From Cupriavidus necator (GTDB lineage Bacteria > Pseudomonadota > Gammaproteobacteria > Burkholderiales > Burkholderiaceae), in assembly GCF_016127575.1 (NCBI RefSeq), contig NZ_CP066018.1, positions 480,001-512,000 on the forward strand: a stretch of 32,000 nucleotides of DNA. Reading direction: 5' to 3'. A program made the position numbers and the translations under genes. The first letter of the stretch is position 1; each line of letters begins with the position of its first letter. The notes under the pieces are model-generated. The model did no database searches and was not told where the DNA came from. It saw only the letters and a list, made by a program, of their open reading frames with translations. Of the stretch, positions 1 to 9,797 are shown in pieces.

Positions 1-1
1 C

Positions 2-742
2 GATGCCTTCGGCACCGACAGCAAGGACGACTACATCGGCGGCTTCCCCGATCACCCGCACCGCGGCTTCGAGACCATCACCTACATGCTGGCCGGGCGC
101 ATGCGCCATCGCGACAGCGCCGGCAACGAGGGGCTGCTGCAGAACGGCGGCGCGCAGTGGATGGTGGCAGGCGCAGGCGTGGTCCACTCGGAAATGCCCG
201 AGCAGGAAGACGGCCGCATGGAAGGCTTCCAGCTATGGCTGAACCTGCCGGCCGCGGACAAGATGACCGCGCCGTGGTACCGCGACCTGCCCGCCGCCGA
301 GATCCCGACGGTGGCGCTGGACAACGGCGCCACGGTGCGCGTGCTGGCGGGCGCCACGCACGGCGTGGCCGGCGCGATCACGCGCCCGGTGACCGAGCCG
401 GTCTACCTGGACGTGCACCTGCCGGCCGGCCAGACCTTTGCGCAGGCGCTGCCGGCCGGGCACAACGCGTTCGTCTACGTGTACCGGGGCGAGGTTTCGA
501 TCGGCAGCGGCGACGACCGCGCCGTGATCGAGGCCCAGCGCATGGGCGTGCTGGACAACGCCGGCCAGTCTGACGGCGTCATCGTCAGGGCCGAGGCCGA
601 CGCGCGCTTCCTGCTGATCGCGGGCCAGCCGCTGAACGAGCCGATCGCGCAGTACGGGCCGTTCGTGATGAACACGCAGGAGCAGATCTACCAGACTCTG
701 GCGGATTTCCGCGACGGGCGCTTCGCCACCACCGGCGCCTGA
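2..742 (+). CDS. pirin family protein (5' end cut by the window edge)
   Basis: The reading frame is open from base 2 with no start visible. The translation DAFGTDSKDDYIGGFPDHPHRGFETITYMLAGRMRHRDSAG...VVHSEMP carries the pirin cupin His-rich signature. The ORF-track entry 86..742 is the in-frame tail. Stop codon at 740-742. Confidence 0.9.
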   Translation, partial: DAFGTDSKDDYIGGFPDHPHRGFETITYMLAGRMRHRDSAGNEGLLQNGGAQWMVAGAGVVHSEMPEQEDGRMEGFQLWLNLPAADKMTAPWYRDLPAAEIPTVALDNGATVRVLAGATHGVAGAITRPVTEPVYLDVHLPAGQTFAQALPAGHNAFVYVYRGEVSIGSGDDRAVIEAQRMGVLDNAGQSDGVIVRAEADARFLLIAGQPLNEPIAQYGPFVMNTQEQIYQTLADFRDGRFATTGA

Positions 743-791
743 GCCCTGCCGGCGAGCGGCCGCCCTGGCCGCCCGCCGCTGCTCCAGTCCA

Positions 792-826
792 GCCGCTGGC
801 TCCGCAAGGAGCCGGCGGCTTTTTTT
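792..826 (+). terminator. rho-independent terminator after the pirin gene
   Basis: GCCGCTGGCTCC (792-803), GCAA loop, GGAGCCGGCGGC (808-819). This is a 12-bp stem with one G.U pair, followed by seven T (820-826). Confidence 0.7.
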
Positions 827-1057
827 CGTGCTGTGGCCGGCACGCGACTTGCAACCACCCCCAAACCGTTGCAGGGACTGGAATGACGCCGGAATCGGCC
901 CGCCCGGTGTCCTGTCACTTATATAATCCATCACCAATATCGGGCATCACCAAACCATGATGAATGCTGCAATGCGTCGCGGCGATGCTGCGCCACGCAC
1001 TGCCGCGCTGTTGACTCATCCCACGTTGCTGCCATCACAACAACCCGAGCCGCCTCA

Positions 1058-2620
1058 GTGACATCACAACTCCCTCCCAGGCTGGCGCTGGCCCATATCA
1101 GCAAGCGCTACCCGGGCGTCGTCGCCAATGACGACGTCAGCCTCAGCGTCGCCCCCGGCGAGATCCATGCCGTGCTGGGTGAAAACGGCGCAGGCAAATC
1201 CACCCTGATGAAGATTATCTTTGGCGCGGTCCGTCCGGATGCCGGCGAGATGCACTTCAACGGGGCGCCGGTCACCATCAACAGTCCGCACGACGCCCGC
1301 AACCTGGGCATCGCCATGGTGTTCCAGCATTTCTCGCTGTTCGACACGCTGACCGTGACCGAGAACATCGCACTCGGCCTGCCCGCCGGACAGCAAGGCA
1401 ACATAAAGCAGCTGGCCGAGCGCATCCGCGCCACCGCCGAGCGCTACGGGCTGCCGCTGGAGCCGAACCGCCATGTGCATACGCTGTCGGTCGGCGAGCG
1501 CCAGCGCGTGGAGATCGTGCGCGCGCTGCTGGCCAATCCGCAGTTGCTGATCCTGGACGAGCCCACCTCGGTGCTGACCCCGCAGGCAGTGGAAACGCTC
1601 TTCGTCACGCTGCGCCAGCTGGCCGCCGAAGGCACCAGCATCCTCTACATCAGCCACAAGCTCGACGAGATCCGCGCACTGTGCCATCAGGCCACCGTGA
1701 TGCGCATGGGCAAGGTCACCGGCGTGTGCGATCCGCGCCAGGAAACCGCGGCCTCGCTGTCGCGGCTGATGATCGGCGGCGAGCCCCCGCGCGAGACGCG
1801 CGTGGCTGCCGAGCGCGGCCCGGTGCGGCTCAGCGTGCAGGGCCTGTCGCTGCCGCGCGCGCATGCCTTCGCGACCGAGCTGAGCAGGATCTCGCTGGAT
1901 GTCCACGCCGGCGAGATCGTCGGCATTGCCGGCGTGTCCGGCAACGGGCAGCAGGAGCTGCTGGCCGCGCTGTCCGGTGAAGACACACGCGCAGACAACA
2001 TGTCGGTGCAGCTCGGCGGCAAGCCAGTCGGCCGGCTCGATGCGCGCCAGCGCCGGCGCGCGGGCCTGGCCTTCGTGCCGGAAGAGCGCCTGGGCCGCGG
2101 CGCGGTGCCGGGCATGAGCCTGGCGACCAATATCCTGCTGTCGCACCAGACGCCACCCTATGTGAGGCAAGGCATGATTTCGCCCGGCGCGGCCACCGGG
2201 CTGGCTTCGGCCGTGATCAGCCGCTTCCGCGTCAAGGCCAGCGGGCCGCACGCGCTGGCGCGCAGCCTGTCGGGCGGCAACCTGCAGAAATTCATTGTCG
2301 GCCGCGAGATCGAAAGCGGCCCTAAGGTACTGATCGTGGCGCAACCGACCTGGGGTGTGGACGTTGGCGCCGCGGCGCAGATCCACAACGAGATCCTGGC
2401 GCTGAAGGCCACCGGCTGCGCCATCCTGGTGGTGTCGGAAGAGCTCGACGAGCTGTTCGCGATCTGCGACCGGCTGCACGTGATCGCCAAGGGCCGCTTG
2501 TCGCCTTCGGTGCCGGCCGAGACCGCGACGCGCGAGCAGATCGGCCTGTGGATGAGCGGACTGTGGCAAGGCGGGCCCGCCCAGGCGCAATCCGGCGCGG
2601 AGGTGGCAAGCCATGGCTGA
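1058..2620 (+). CDS. ABC transporter ATP-binding protein with two fused ABC domains (sugar/nucleoside CUT2-like)
   Basis: Domain 1 has Walker A GENGAGKST, signature LSVGERQRVEI and Walker B LLILDEPT. Domain 2 has GVSGNGQQEL, LSGGNLQKF and LIVAQPTWGVDVG. It has a GTG start with no clear SD sequence. Its stop overlaps the next gene's start (ATGGCTGA). Confidence 0.9.
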   Translation: MTSQLPPRLALAHISKRYPGVVANDDVSLSVAPGEIHAVLGENGAGKSTLMKIIFGAVRPDAGEMHFNGAPVTINSPHDARNLGIAMVFQHFSLFDTLTVTENIALGLPAGQQGNIKQLAERIRATAERYGLPLEPNRHVHTLSVGERQRVEIVRALLANPQLLILDEPTSVLTPQAVETLFVTLRQLAAEGTSILYISHKLDEIRALCHQATVMRMGKVTGVCDPRQETAASLSRLMIGGEPPRETRVAAERGPVRLSVQGLSLPRAHAFATELSRISLDVHAGEIVGIAGVSGNGQQELLAALSGEDTRADNMSVQLGGKPVGRLDARQRRRAGLAFVPEERLGRGAVPGMSLATNILLSHQTPPYVRQGMISPGAATGLASAVISRFRVKASGPHALARSLSGGNLQKFIVGREIESGPKVLIVAQPTWGVDVGAAAQIHNEILALKATGCAILVVSEELDELFAICDRLHVIAKGRLSPSVPAETATREQIGLWMSGLWQGGPAQAQSGAEVASHG

Positions 2621-3722
2621 TGTGCGACAACTGCTGCCCCGCTCCCCCCTCTCGCTGGCGCCGCGTGGCCTGCCCTCGCGCACCATGGCCTATGCCTCGC
2701 CGGTGGTCGCACTGGCGCTGACGCTCCTGTTCGGCGCGCTGCTGTTCCTGGTGCTCGGCAAGGACCCCGTGGCCGCGCTCAAGGTCTTCCTGGCCGATCC
2801 GCTGCGCGACCAGCGCGCCATCGGCGAGGTGCTGCTCAAGACCGTGCCGCTGGTGCTGTGCGCACTCGGCCTGTCGGTGTGCTACCGCGCCAACGTGTGG
2901 AATATCGGCGCCGACGGGCAGCTGATTGCCGGCGGCATCTGCGCCGGCGCCACCGTGCTTTACTTCGATGTGCCGGGCCAGGCCATGAACGGCACCGTGG
3001 TGCTGGTGCTGGCCTCACTCGCCGGCATGGTCGGCGGCATGCTGTGGGCCTCGCTCACGGCGGTGCTCAAGGACAGGTTCAACGCCAACGAGATCCTGGT
3101 CTCGCTGATGCTCACCTATATCGCGCAGCAGCTGCTGCTGTGGGTGGTCAACGGGCCGCTGAAGGATCCCAACGGCATGAACTTCCCGCAGTCGAAGGTG
3201 TTCTCGTCCGAGTACCTGCTGCCCAACCTGATGTCGGGCTCGCGCCTGCATGCCGGCTTTGCCGTGATGCTGGTGCTGGTGGCGGTGATGACCGTGTTCG
3301 TGTTCCGCAGCTTTGCCGGCTACCGCCTGCAGGTGGGCGGCACCGCGCCGGCGGCGGCGCGCTACGCGGGTTTCTCGGCGCGCAGCGCGCTGTGGAGCGC
3401 ACTGCTGATCTCGGGCGCCACCGCGGGCCTGGCGGGCGCGTTCGAAGTGACCGGCCCGATCGGCCAGCTGCTGCCGTCGATCTCGCCGGGCTACGGCTTC
3501 ACCGCCATCATCGTCGCCTTTATCGGCCGGCTGCATCCGGTCGGCACGGTCTTCGGCGGCATCATGATGTCGCTGTTCTATATCGGCGGCGAGATGGCGC
3601 AATCGCGCCTGGGCCTGCCGTCGGCCATTGGCTGGGTGTTCCAGGGCATGCTGCTGTTCTTCCTGCTGGCCTGCGACACGCTGATCGAAAACCGCCTGCG
3701 CTGGCGCGCCACCACGGCCTGA
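2613..3722 (+). CDS. ABC transporter permease (BMP/nucleoside-type importer)
   Basis: A 369-aa polytopic hydrophobic protein. It shows an 8-nt start/stop overlap with the ATPase gene and sits in an operon with a second permease and a BMP-family binding protein. Confidence 0.85.
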   Translation: MADVRQLLPRSPLSLAPRGLPSRTMAYASPVVALALTLLFGALLFLVLGKDPVAALKVFLADPLRDQRAIGEVLLKTVPLVLCALGLSVCYRANVWNIGADGQLIAGGICAGATVLYFDVPGQAMNGTVVLVLASLAGMVGGMLWASLTAVLKDRFNANEILVSLMLTYIAQQLLLWVVNGPLKDPNGMNFPQSKVFSSEYLLPNLMSGSRLHAGFAVMLVLVAVMTVFVFRSFAGYRLQVGGTAPAAARYAGFSARSALWSALLISGATAGLAGAFEVTGPIGQLLPSISPGYGFTAIIVAFIGRLHPVGTVFGGIMMSLFYIGGEMAQSRLGLPSAIGWVFQGMLLFFLLACDTLIENRLRWRATTA

Positions 3723-3740
3723 GCGGAGCTACAGAACAAT

Positions 3741-4661
3741 ATGGAACAACTCGCTCCCCTTATCGCCACCGCCATCAACGCCGGCACGCCGCTGCTGCTG
3801 GCCGCGCTGGGCCTGCTGATCAACGAGCGCTCGGGCGTGCTCAACCTCGGCGCCGAAGGCATGATGCTGGTCGCCGCGGTGGCCGGCTTCATGGTCGGCT
3901 ACCAGACCCAGTCGCCGCTGCTCGGCTTTGCCGCCGGCGCGCTCGCCGGCATGCTGATGGCCACGCTGTTCTCGTGGCTGGCGCTGGTGCTGGCCACCAA
4001 CCAGGTCGCCACCGGCCTGGCGCTGTCGATCTTCGGCACCGGCCTGTCGGCCTTCATGGGCCAGCGCTTTGTCGGCTTCGCCATGCCGGCGCAGGCCAAG
4101 GCCGTGCCCGGCCTGGCCGACCTGCCCTTCTTCGGGCCGGCCTTCTTCCAGCATCACTGGATGGTGTATTTCAGCCTGCTGCTGTGCTTTGCCATCATGT
4201 GGTTCCTGTTCCGCACGCGCGCGGGGCTGACCTTGCGCGCGATCGGCGAAGCGCCGGAATCGGCGCACGCGCTGGGCTACCCGGTGCGCACCATCCGCTT
4301 TGGCGCGCTGCTGTTCGGCGGCGCCTGCTGCGGGCTTGCCGGCGCCTACCTGTCGCTGGTGTACACGCCGATGTGGGTCGAGAACCTGGTCGCCGGTCGC
4401 GGCTGGATCGCGCTGGCGCTGACCACCTTCGCCACCTGGCGCCCGGGCCGCGTGCTGGTGGGCGCGTGGCTGTTCGGCGGCGTGACCATCCTGCAGTTCT
4501 ACCTGCAAGGGATCGGCGTGTCGGTGCCGTCGCAGTTCCTGTCGATGCTGCCGTACGCGGCCACCATCGTGGTGCTGGCGCTGATCTCGCGCAACCCGGC
4601 CTGGATCCGGCTGAACATGCCGGCCTCGCTGGGCAAGCCCTTCCGGCCCGGCAATGCCTGA
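3741..4661 (+). CDS. ABC transporter permease (second membrane subunit)
   Basis: A 306-aa polytopic hydrophobic protein (LLLAALGLLINERSGVLNLGAEGMML...). It starts 19 nt after the preceding permease gene. Confidence 0.85.
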   Translation: MEQLAPLIATAINAGTPLLLAALGLLINERSGVLNLGAEGMMLVAAVAGFMVGYQTQSPLLGFAAGALAGMLMATLFSWLALVLATNQVATGLALSIFGTGLSAFMGQRFVGFAMPAQAKAVPGLADLPFFGPAFFQHHWMVYFSLLLCFAIMWFLFRTRAGLTLRAIGEAPESAHALGYPVRTIRFGALLFGGACCGLAGAYLSLVYTPMWVENLVAGRGWIALALTTFATWRPGRVLVGAWLFGGVTILQFYLQGIGVSVPSQFLSMLPYAATIVVLALISRNPAWIRLNMPASLGKPFRPGNA

Positions 4662-4720
4662 GCCTCGAGTTTTTTTACGGAAATCCCTGAGCTACCAACA
4701 ATTCATCACAAGGAGAAATC

Positions 4721-5866
4721 ATGATCGTCACGCGCAGGAAGACCCTGGCGGCCCTGGCCGCCACCGCCTTGCTGACCCTCGCGGGCTGCGGCAAGAAAGA
4801 GGCCGACAAGCCTGCCGAGACGGCGGGCGCGGCCTCCGCGCCCGCGGCCGAGCAGAAGGCCGAGCCGCTCAAGGTCGCCTTCGTCTATATCGGGCCGGTC
4901 GGCGATGCCGGCTGGACCTTCGCGCATGACAACGGCCGCAAGGCCGTGGAAGAGAAGTTCGGCGACAAGGTCAAGACCTCCTTCGTCGAGAACGTGCCCG
5001 AATCCGCGGCCGACGCCGAGCGCGTGTTCCGCGACCTGGCCAGCCAGGGCAACAAGCTGATCTTCGGCACCACCTTCGGCTACATGGAGTCGATGCTCAA
5101 GGTCGCCAAGGAATTCCCGGACGTAAAGTTCGAGCACGCCACCGGCTTCAAGACCGCCGAGAACCTGGCCCAGTACGACGTGCGCACTTATGAAGGCGCC
5201 TACCTGGCGGGCGTGGTCGCGGGCAAGATGAGCAAGACCGGCAAGATGGGCGTGGTGGCATCGGTGCCCATCCCCGAGGTGATCCGCAATATCGACTCGT
5301 TCACGCTGGGCGCGCGCAGCGTCAACCCCAAGGCCACGGTCAAGGTGGTGTGGGTCAACAAGTGGTTCGATCCGGGCAAGGAGCGCGAAGCCGCCACCAC
5401 GCTGATCGGCCAGGGCGTCGACATGCTGATGCAGAACACCGACTCCGCCGCCGTGGTGCAGACCGCGCAGGAAAAGGGCGTGCACGCCTTCGGCTGGGAC
5501 AGCGACATGAGCAAGTTCGGCGACAAGGCCCACCTGGCCGCGTCGGTGATCTCGTGGGGCGTCTACTACAACAAGGTGGTGGAAGACGTGCTGAACAAGC
5601 AGTGGAAGAACAGCACCACGTGGTGGGGCCTGAAGGAAGGCATGATCGACCTGAAGAGCTTCAACGCCGATGTGCCGGCTGACGTCAAGGCGCTGGTCGA
5701 AGAGCGCAAGAAGGGCATCGCCGACGGCAGCGCGCCGATCTGGAAGGGTCCGATCAAGGACAACACCGGCAAGGAACAGCTGGCCAAGGACCAGGTGGCC
5801 GACGACGGCTTCCTGCATGGCGTGAAGTTCTACGTCGAAGGCGTGGAAGGCAAGATCCCGGGCTGA
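4721..5866 (+). CDS. BMP-family ABC transporter substrate-binding lipoprotein (purine nucleoside-type)
   Basis: SD sequence AAGGAG lies 7 nt upstream of the ATG. There is a signal peptide with lipobox LLTLAGC. The mature sequence KVAFVYIGPVGDAGWTFAHDNGRKAVEE... is typical of the Bmp/PnrA family. Confidence 0.9.
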   Translation: MIVTRRKTLAALAATALLTLAGCGKKEADKPAETAGAASAPAAEQKAEPLKVAFVYIGPVGDAGWTFAHDNGRKAVEEKFGDKVKTSFVENVPESAADAERVFRDLASQGNKLIFGTTFGYMESMLKVAKEFPDVKFEHATGFKTAENLAQYDVRTYEGAYLAGVVAGKMSKTGKMGVVASVPIPEVIRNIDSFTLGARSVNPKATVKVVWVNKWFDPGKEREAATTLIGQGVDMLMQNTDSAAVVQTAQEKGVHAFGWDSDMSKFGDKAHLAASVISWGVYYNKVVEDVLNKQWKNSTTWWGLKEGMIDLKSFNADVPADVKALVEERKKGIADGSAPIWKGPIKDNTGKEQLAKDQVADDGFLHGVKFYVEGVEGKIPG

Positions 5867-6080
5867 TTCGCCACGCAGCCCAGCCGCGCGCCGGTGACGG
5901 TGCGCGGCGCCCGCCTCCGCCGCGCGGGGGCGGAATCGCCACAATTCCCCGCCCTGCCGCCCGTTCCGGGCACCCTCCCCGCACCGCCCATACCTTGCGG
6001 AACTTGAAGCCGCCGATAACGGCCCAAGCTATCTGTGCATGCGCCAGTAACCGGCGCCCGCAATGTGAAGGAGGCCTCTC

Positions 6081-6374
6081 ATGTGGAAGCGATTTTCGGC
6101 CCTGTGGACGCTGGTTCGCCGCGACGGCCGCCTGTTCTGGTACGCGCTGCGCCATCCGGACGCGCCGCCCTGGCTCAAGCCCGCCGCCATCGGGCTGCTG
6201 CTCTACGCAATCTCGCCGATCGACCTGATCCCCGACGTGGTCGCGGGCCTGGGCATTGTCGATGACGTGGTGCTGATTCCGCTGGCGGTGCACCTGATCC
6301 TGAAGCGCCTGCCGCCGCATATCCTGCGCCAGGCGCAGACGCGCGCCACCGCCACCACGGTCCGGCCGCACTGA
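6081..6374 (+). CDS. DUF1232 (YkvA-like) small membrane protein
   Basis: Strong SD sequence GAAGGAGG upstream. The motif LLLYAISPIDLIPDVVAGLGIVDDVVLIPLAV is the DUF1232 core. Confidence 0.75.
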   Translation: MWKRFSALWTLVRRDGRLFWYALRHPDAPPWLKPAAIGLLLYAISPIDLIPDVVAGLGIVDDVVLIPLAVHLILKRLPPHILRQAQTRATATTVRPH

Positions 6375-6394
6375 CGGCATCGCTCAAAGCCAAA

Positions 6395-6428
6395 GCCCCG
6401 GGGCAGCGCCTGCCGCCCCGGGGCTTTT
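6395..6428. terminator. bidirectional hairpin between the convergent DUF1232 and qor genes
   Basis: GCCCCGGGGC (6395-6404), a 10-nt loop, GCCCCGGGGC (6415-6424), then TTTT. On the opposite strand it is followed by CTTTGGCTTT. Confidence 0.6.
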
Positions 6429-6449
6429 GCTTGCCTGCCTGGCTGTTGC

Positions 6450-7427
6450 TCAGTTCGGCAGCAGGATGGTCGAGCCCGTGGTCTTGCGCGCTTCCAGGTC
6501 GCGATGCGCTTGCGCCACCTCAGACAGCGCGTAGCGCTGGCGGACGTCGATCTTCACCTTGCCGGTGGCCACGGCGTCGAACAGGTCGGCCACCATCGGC
6601 TCCAGCAGTTCGCGGTGCACCACGTAGGTCATCAGCGTCGGCCGCGTCAGCCGCAGCGAGCCCTTGTTGCCCAGCACCGACAGGTCGAACGGCGGCACCG
6701 GGCCCGAGGCGTTGCCGAAGCTGACCATGGTGCCGCGCGGCGCCAGGCAGTCGAGCGAGCCCTGGAAGGTGTCCTTGCCGATCGAGTCATAGACCGCCGG
6801 CACCCCCTTGCCGTTGGTGATCTCCCTGACCCGCTCCACGAACGACTCACGCGTGTAGACGATGGTGTGGGCGCAGCCGTTGGCGCGCGCCAGTTCGGCC
6901 TTCTCGTCGCTGCCGACGGTGCCGATCACGGTCACGCCGAGCGCCTTGAGCCACTGACTCGCAATCAGGCCGACGCCGCCGGCGGCGGCATGCAGCAGCA
7001 CCGTGTCGCCCGGCTGCACCTTGTAGCTGTCGCGGATCAGGTACTGCGCCGTCAGGCCCTGCAGCATCATCGCCGCGGCGGTGTCGAACGGGATCGCATC
7101 GGGCAGCCGCACCACGATATCGGCCGGCATCACCCGCACCTGCGCGTAGGCGCCGGTGGGTCGGCCAGCGTAGGCCACGCGGTCGCCCACGGCGACGTGC
7201 CGCACGCCCTCGCCCACCGCTTCGACCACGCCGGCGCCTTCCATGCCCAGCCCGCCCGGCAGCGGCTGCTTGTACAGCCCGGTGCGGAAATAGACATCGA
7301 TGTAGTTCAGGCCCACCGCCTCATGGCGCACGCGCAGCTGGCCGGGACCGGGCTCGCCCACCTCGACATCGACCCACTGCATGACTTCGGGACCGCCGGT
7401 CTGCTCGATCCGGATGGCTTTGCTCAT
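6450..7427 (-). CDS. qor: NADPH:quinone oxidoreductase (zeta-crystallin-type MDR)
   Basis: MSKAIRIEQTGGPEVMQWVDVEVGEPGPGQLRVRHEAVGLNYIDVYFRTGLY... with nucleotide-binding motif AAAGGVG. I chose the start at 7427, the second ATG of the tracked ORF, because GAAGGAG lies 7 nt upstream of it. Confidence 0.9.
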   Translation of the reverse strand: MSKAIRIEQTGGPEVMQWVDVEVGEPGPGQLRVRHEAVGLNYIDVYFRTGLYKQPLPGGLGMEGAGVVEAVGEGVRHVAVGDRVAYAGRPTGAYAQVRVMPADIVVRLPDAIPFDTAAAMMLQGLTAQYLIRDSYKVQPGDTVLLHAAAGGVGLIASQWLKALGVTVIGTVGSDEKAELARANGCAHTIVYTRESFVERVREITNGKGVPAVYDSIGKDTFQGSLDCLAPRGTMVSFGNASGPVPPFDLSVLGNKGSLRLTRPTLMTYVVHRELLEPMVADLFDAVATGKVKIDVRQRYALSEVAQAHRDLEARKTTGSTILLPN

Positions 7428-7468
7428 CTGTGTCGCTCCTTCGCTATGGTGTTGCATCGATCGGGAAT

Positions 7469-7867
7469 TCAGCTGGCCGCCGCTTCGTCGACCTCGCGGG
7501 CAAGCCCGGCGATCAACAGCTCGGCAGTGGCCACGTTGGTGGCGCAGGGCACGTTGTGCACGTCGCAGGCGCGCACCAGCGCGTTGATATCGGGTTCATG
7601 CGGCTGCGGCGTCATCGGGTCGCGCAGGAACACCACGGCGCGCACCAGGCCTACGGCCAGTTGCGCGCCGATCTGCAGGTCGCCGCCCCACGGCCCCGAC
7701 AGCATGCGCGTCACCTCCAGCCCGACCTCGTCGATCAGGCGCCCGCCGGTGGTGCCGGTGGCCAGCAGCTCGCACTGCGAAAGGAAGGCGCGGTGGCGCG
7801 TGGCGAAGGCAACGATGTCGTCCTTCTTGTGGTCGTGGGCGATCAACGCGATGCGGGGGCGAGTCAT
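7469..7867 (-). CDS. mgsA: methylglyoxal synthase
   Basis: The 132-aa sequence [14 protein letters not shown]...[11 protein letters not shown]...[14 protein letters not shown]...[28 protein letters not shown] matches MgsA motifs along its whole length. Confidence 0.92.
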   Translation of the reverse strand: MTRPRIALIAHDHKKDDIVAFATRHRAFLSQCELLATGTTGGRLIDEVGLEVTRMLSGPWGGDLQIGAQLAVGLVRAVVFLRDPMTPQPHEPDINALVRACDVHNVPCATNVATAELLIAGLAREVDEAAAS

Positions 7868-7924
7868 CAGGGGTTCCTTGTTGCGGGGTCGGTGAACGTC
7901 AGGAAACAGGAGAAAGCAGCGGGA

Positions 7925-8713
7925 TCAGAAGGTGCCCGGGTAGGCGCCGCCATCGAGCAGGATGTTCTGCCCGGTGATGTAGCCGGCATGGCGGCTGCAC
8001 AGGAACGCGCAGGTGGCGCCGAACTCGGCCGGCTCGCCGAAGCGGCGCGACGGGTTCGCCGCGGCGCGGCGCTGCGCCACCTCATCGACGCTCAGGCCAG
8101 CCTTCTTGGCGCCGCCTTCCATGGTCTTGAGCAGGCGGTCGGTGTTGAACGGGCCCGGCAGCAGGTTGTTGATGGTCACGCCGTGCTGCGCCACTTCGCG
8201 CGCCACGCCCGCGACAAAGCCGGTCAGGCCCGAGCGCGCGCCATTGGACAGGCCCAGCACATCGATCGGCGCCTTGACCGCGCCGCTGGTGATATTGATG
8301 ATGCGGCCCCACTTGCGCGCGATCATGCCGTCGACAGTGGCCTTGATCAGCTCGATCGGGGTCAGCATGTTGGCGTCCAGCGCGGCCAGCCAGTCGCTGC
8401 GCTCCCAGTCGCGGAAGTTGCCCGGCGGCGGGCCGCCGGCGTTGTTGACCAGGATGTCGAGGTCGCCCAGCTTGGCCACGGCGTCCAGCGCCGCCTTGCG
8501 GCCTTCGGGCGTGGTGATGTCGGTCGCCACCGCGATCACGCGGCGGCCATGGCGCGCGCGCAGGCCGGCCGCGGCCTTCTCCAGCGCCTCGGCGCCGCGC
8601 GCCACGATCACCACGTCAACACCCTCGGCCGCCAGCGCGTCGGCGCAGGCAAAGCCCAGGCCCTTGCTGGCGCCGCATACCAGCGCATGCTTGCCGCGCA
8701 GTCCCAGATCCAT
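7925..8713 (-). CDS. SDR-family oxidoreductase (FabG-like)
   Basis: MDLGLRGKHALVCGASKGLGFACA (TGxxxGxG-type motif), NNAG, and a catalytic region ...SGAVKAPIDVLGLSNGARSG.... The start at 8713 is internal to the tracked 424-aa ORF. The upstream extension is Arg/Gly-rich junk that overlaps the EamA gene. Confidence 0.88.
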   Translation of the reverse strand: MDLGLRGKHALVCGASKGLGFACADALAAEGVDVVIVARGAEALEKAAAGLRARHGRRVIAVATDITTPEGRKAALDAVAKLGDLDILVNNAGGPPPGNFRDWERSDWLAALDANMLTPIELIKATVDGMIARKWGRIINITSGAVKAPIDVLGLSNGARSGLTGFVAGVAREVAQHGVTINNLLPGPFNTDRLLKTMEGGAKKAGLSVDEVAQRRAAANPSRRFGEPAEFGATCAFLCSRHAGYITGQNILLDGGAYPGTF

Positions 8714-8769
8714 GTCTTTCTCCTTTTGTCTGTTGTCTTTGGGGGGCCAGCTCCGGGGCCGGCCCGGAA

Positions 8770-9777
8770 TCACGTCTTTCTTGCCGACAGCAAATACATG
8801 CCGCCCATCACCAGCGCGCTGCCGGCCAGTTGCACGCCGCTGACGGGCTCGCCCAGCAGCCAGAAGGCCAGGAACAGCGTCGACACCGGGCCGATCATGC
8901 CCGCCTGCGACGCCATCGGCGCGCCGATGCGCGACACCGCCACCATGGTCAGCGACACCGGCAGCACGGTGCAGAACACCGCATTGACGAGTGACAGCCA
9001 CATCACCGGAGCCGGCTGCGCCAGTTCCGCCACCGGCCGGCCCAGTACCAGGTACTGGATCACGCAGCAGGCGGTCGAGACGCACATCGCATACGCCACC
9101 AGCCGCAGCGAGCCGATACGCCGCACCAGTTCGCCGCTCAGGATCAGGTAGATACCATAGGTCATGGCGCTGCCCAGCACCAGCGCGCCGCCCAGCCACA
9201 CCTGGCTGCCGCTGACGTCCAGGTCATGCGCGAATACCAGCACGATGCCGGCGTAGGCGAGCAGCAGCGACAGCCACTGGCGCATGGCGATCGGCCGGCG
9301 GAACACCAGCGCGGTGGCCAGCAGCACGAACGACGGCGTCAGGAACAGGATCAGCCGCTCCAGCCCGGCGGTGATGTATTGCAGGCCGATGAAATCGAGG
9401 AAGCTCGACAGGTAGTAGCCGATAAAGCCGAGAAACACAACGCGGCCGCGATCCGCCCACGACAGCGGCGCCAGCCGGCGCGACTGCCACCAGCCGATCG
9501 CCATGAACAGCGGCACCGCGAACAGCATGCGCAGCGTGATCACCATCACCGCATCGACGTTGTAGCGGTACATCAGCTTGGCGACGATCGCCTTGGCGGA
9601 GAACAGCACCGCGCCGACGGCGGCGATGACAAGGCCCGAGCGCTGCGGCGACGGCAGCGCGGCAGGTGCGGCGAGAGACTTCTGGGAGGCGGGCACGGGG
9701 AATACAGGGGAAAGCGGGCGGGCACGTCGGCCCCGCGAAACGACCCGACGATTGTATTCGAAAAGACGCAATGGCAT
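8770..9777 (-). CDS. DMT superfamily (EamA-like) transporter
   Basis: About 10 hydrophobic helices with two EamA-like halves (AVLFSAKAIVAKLMY..., ...MVAVSRIGAPMASQAGMIGPVSTLFLAFWLLGEP). SD sequence GAGGTG lies 7 nt upstream of the ATG at 9777. Confidence 0.82.
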   Translation of the reverse strand: MPLRLFEYNRRVVSRGRRARPLSPVFPVPASQKSLAAPAALPSPQRSGLVIAAVGAVLFSAKAIVAKLMYRYNVDAVMVITLRMLFAVPLFMAIGWWQSRRLAPLSWADRGRVVFLGFIGYYLSSFLDFIGLQYITAGLERLILFLTPSFVLLATALVFRRPIAMRQWLSLLLAYAGIVLVFAHDLDVSGSQVWLGGALVLGSAMTYGIYLILSGELVRRIGSLRLVAYAMCVSTACCVIQYLVLGRPVAELAQPAPVMWLSLVNAVFCTVLPVSLTMVAVSRIGAPMASQAGMIGPVSTLFLAFWLLGEPVSGVQLAGSALVMGGMYLLSARKT

Positions 9778-9797
9778 CGGGCATCACCTCGGCGGCT

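Noticed and set aside
1064-2686. A 540-aa minus-strand ORF, and similar long shadow ORFs elsewhere (2858..4690 +, 4706..5944 -, 6504..7895 +, 7430..9151 +, 14192..15517 +, 24985..26727 +, 27640..29118 -, 29087..30064 -, 30899..31990 -)
   Set aside because: Each overlaps, in another frame or on the other strand, a gene with strong family-level motifs. Their compositions (R/A/G/P/H-rich with no hydrophobic core pattern) are the usual high-GC artefact.
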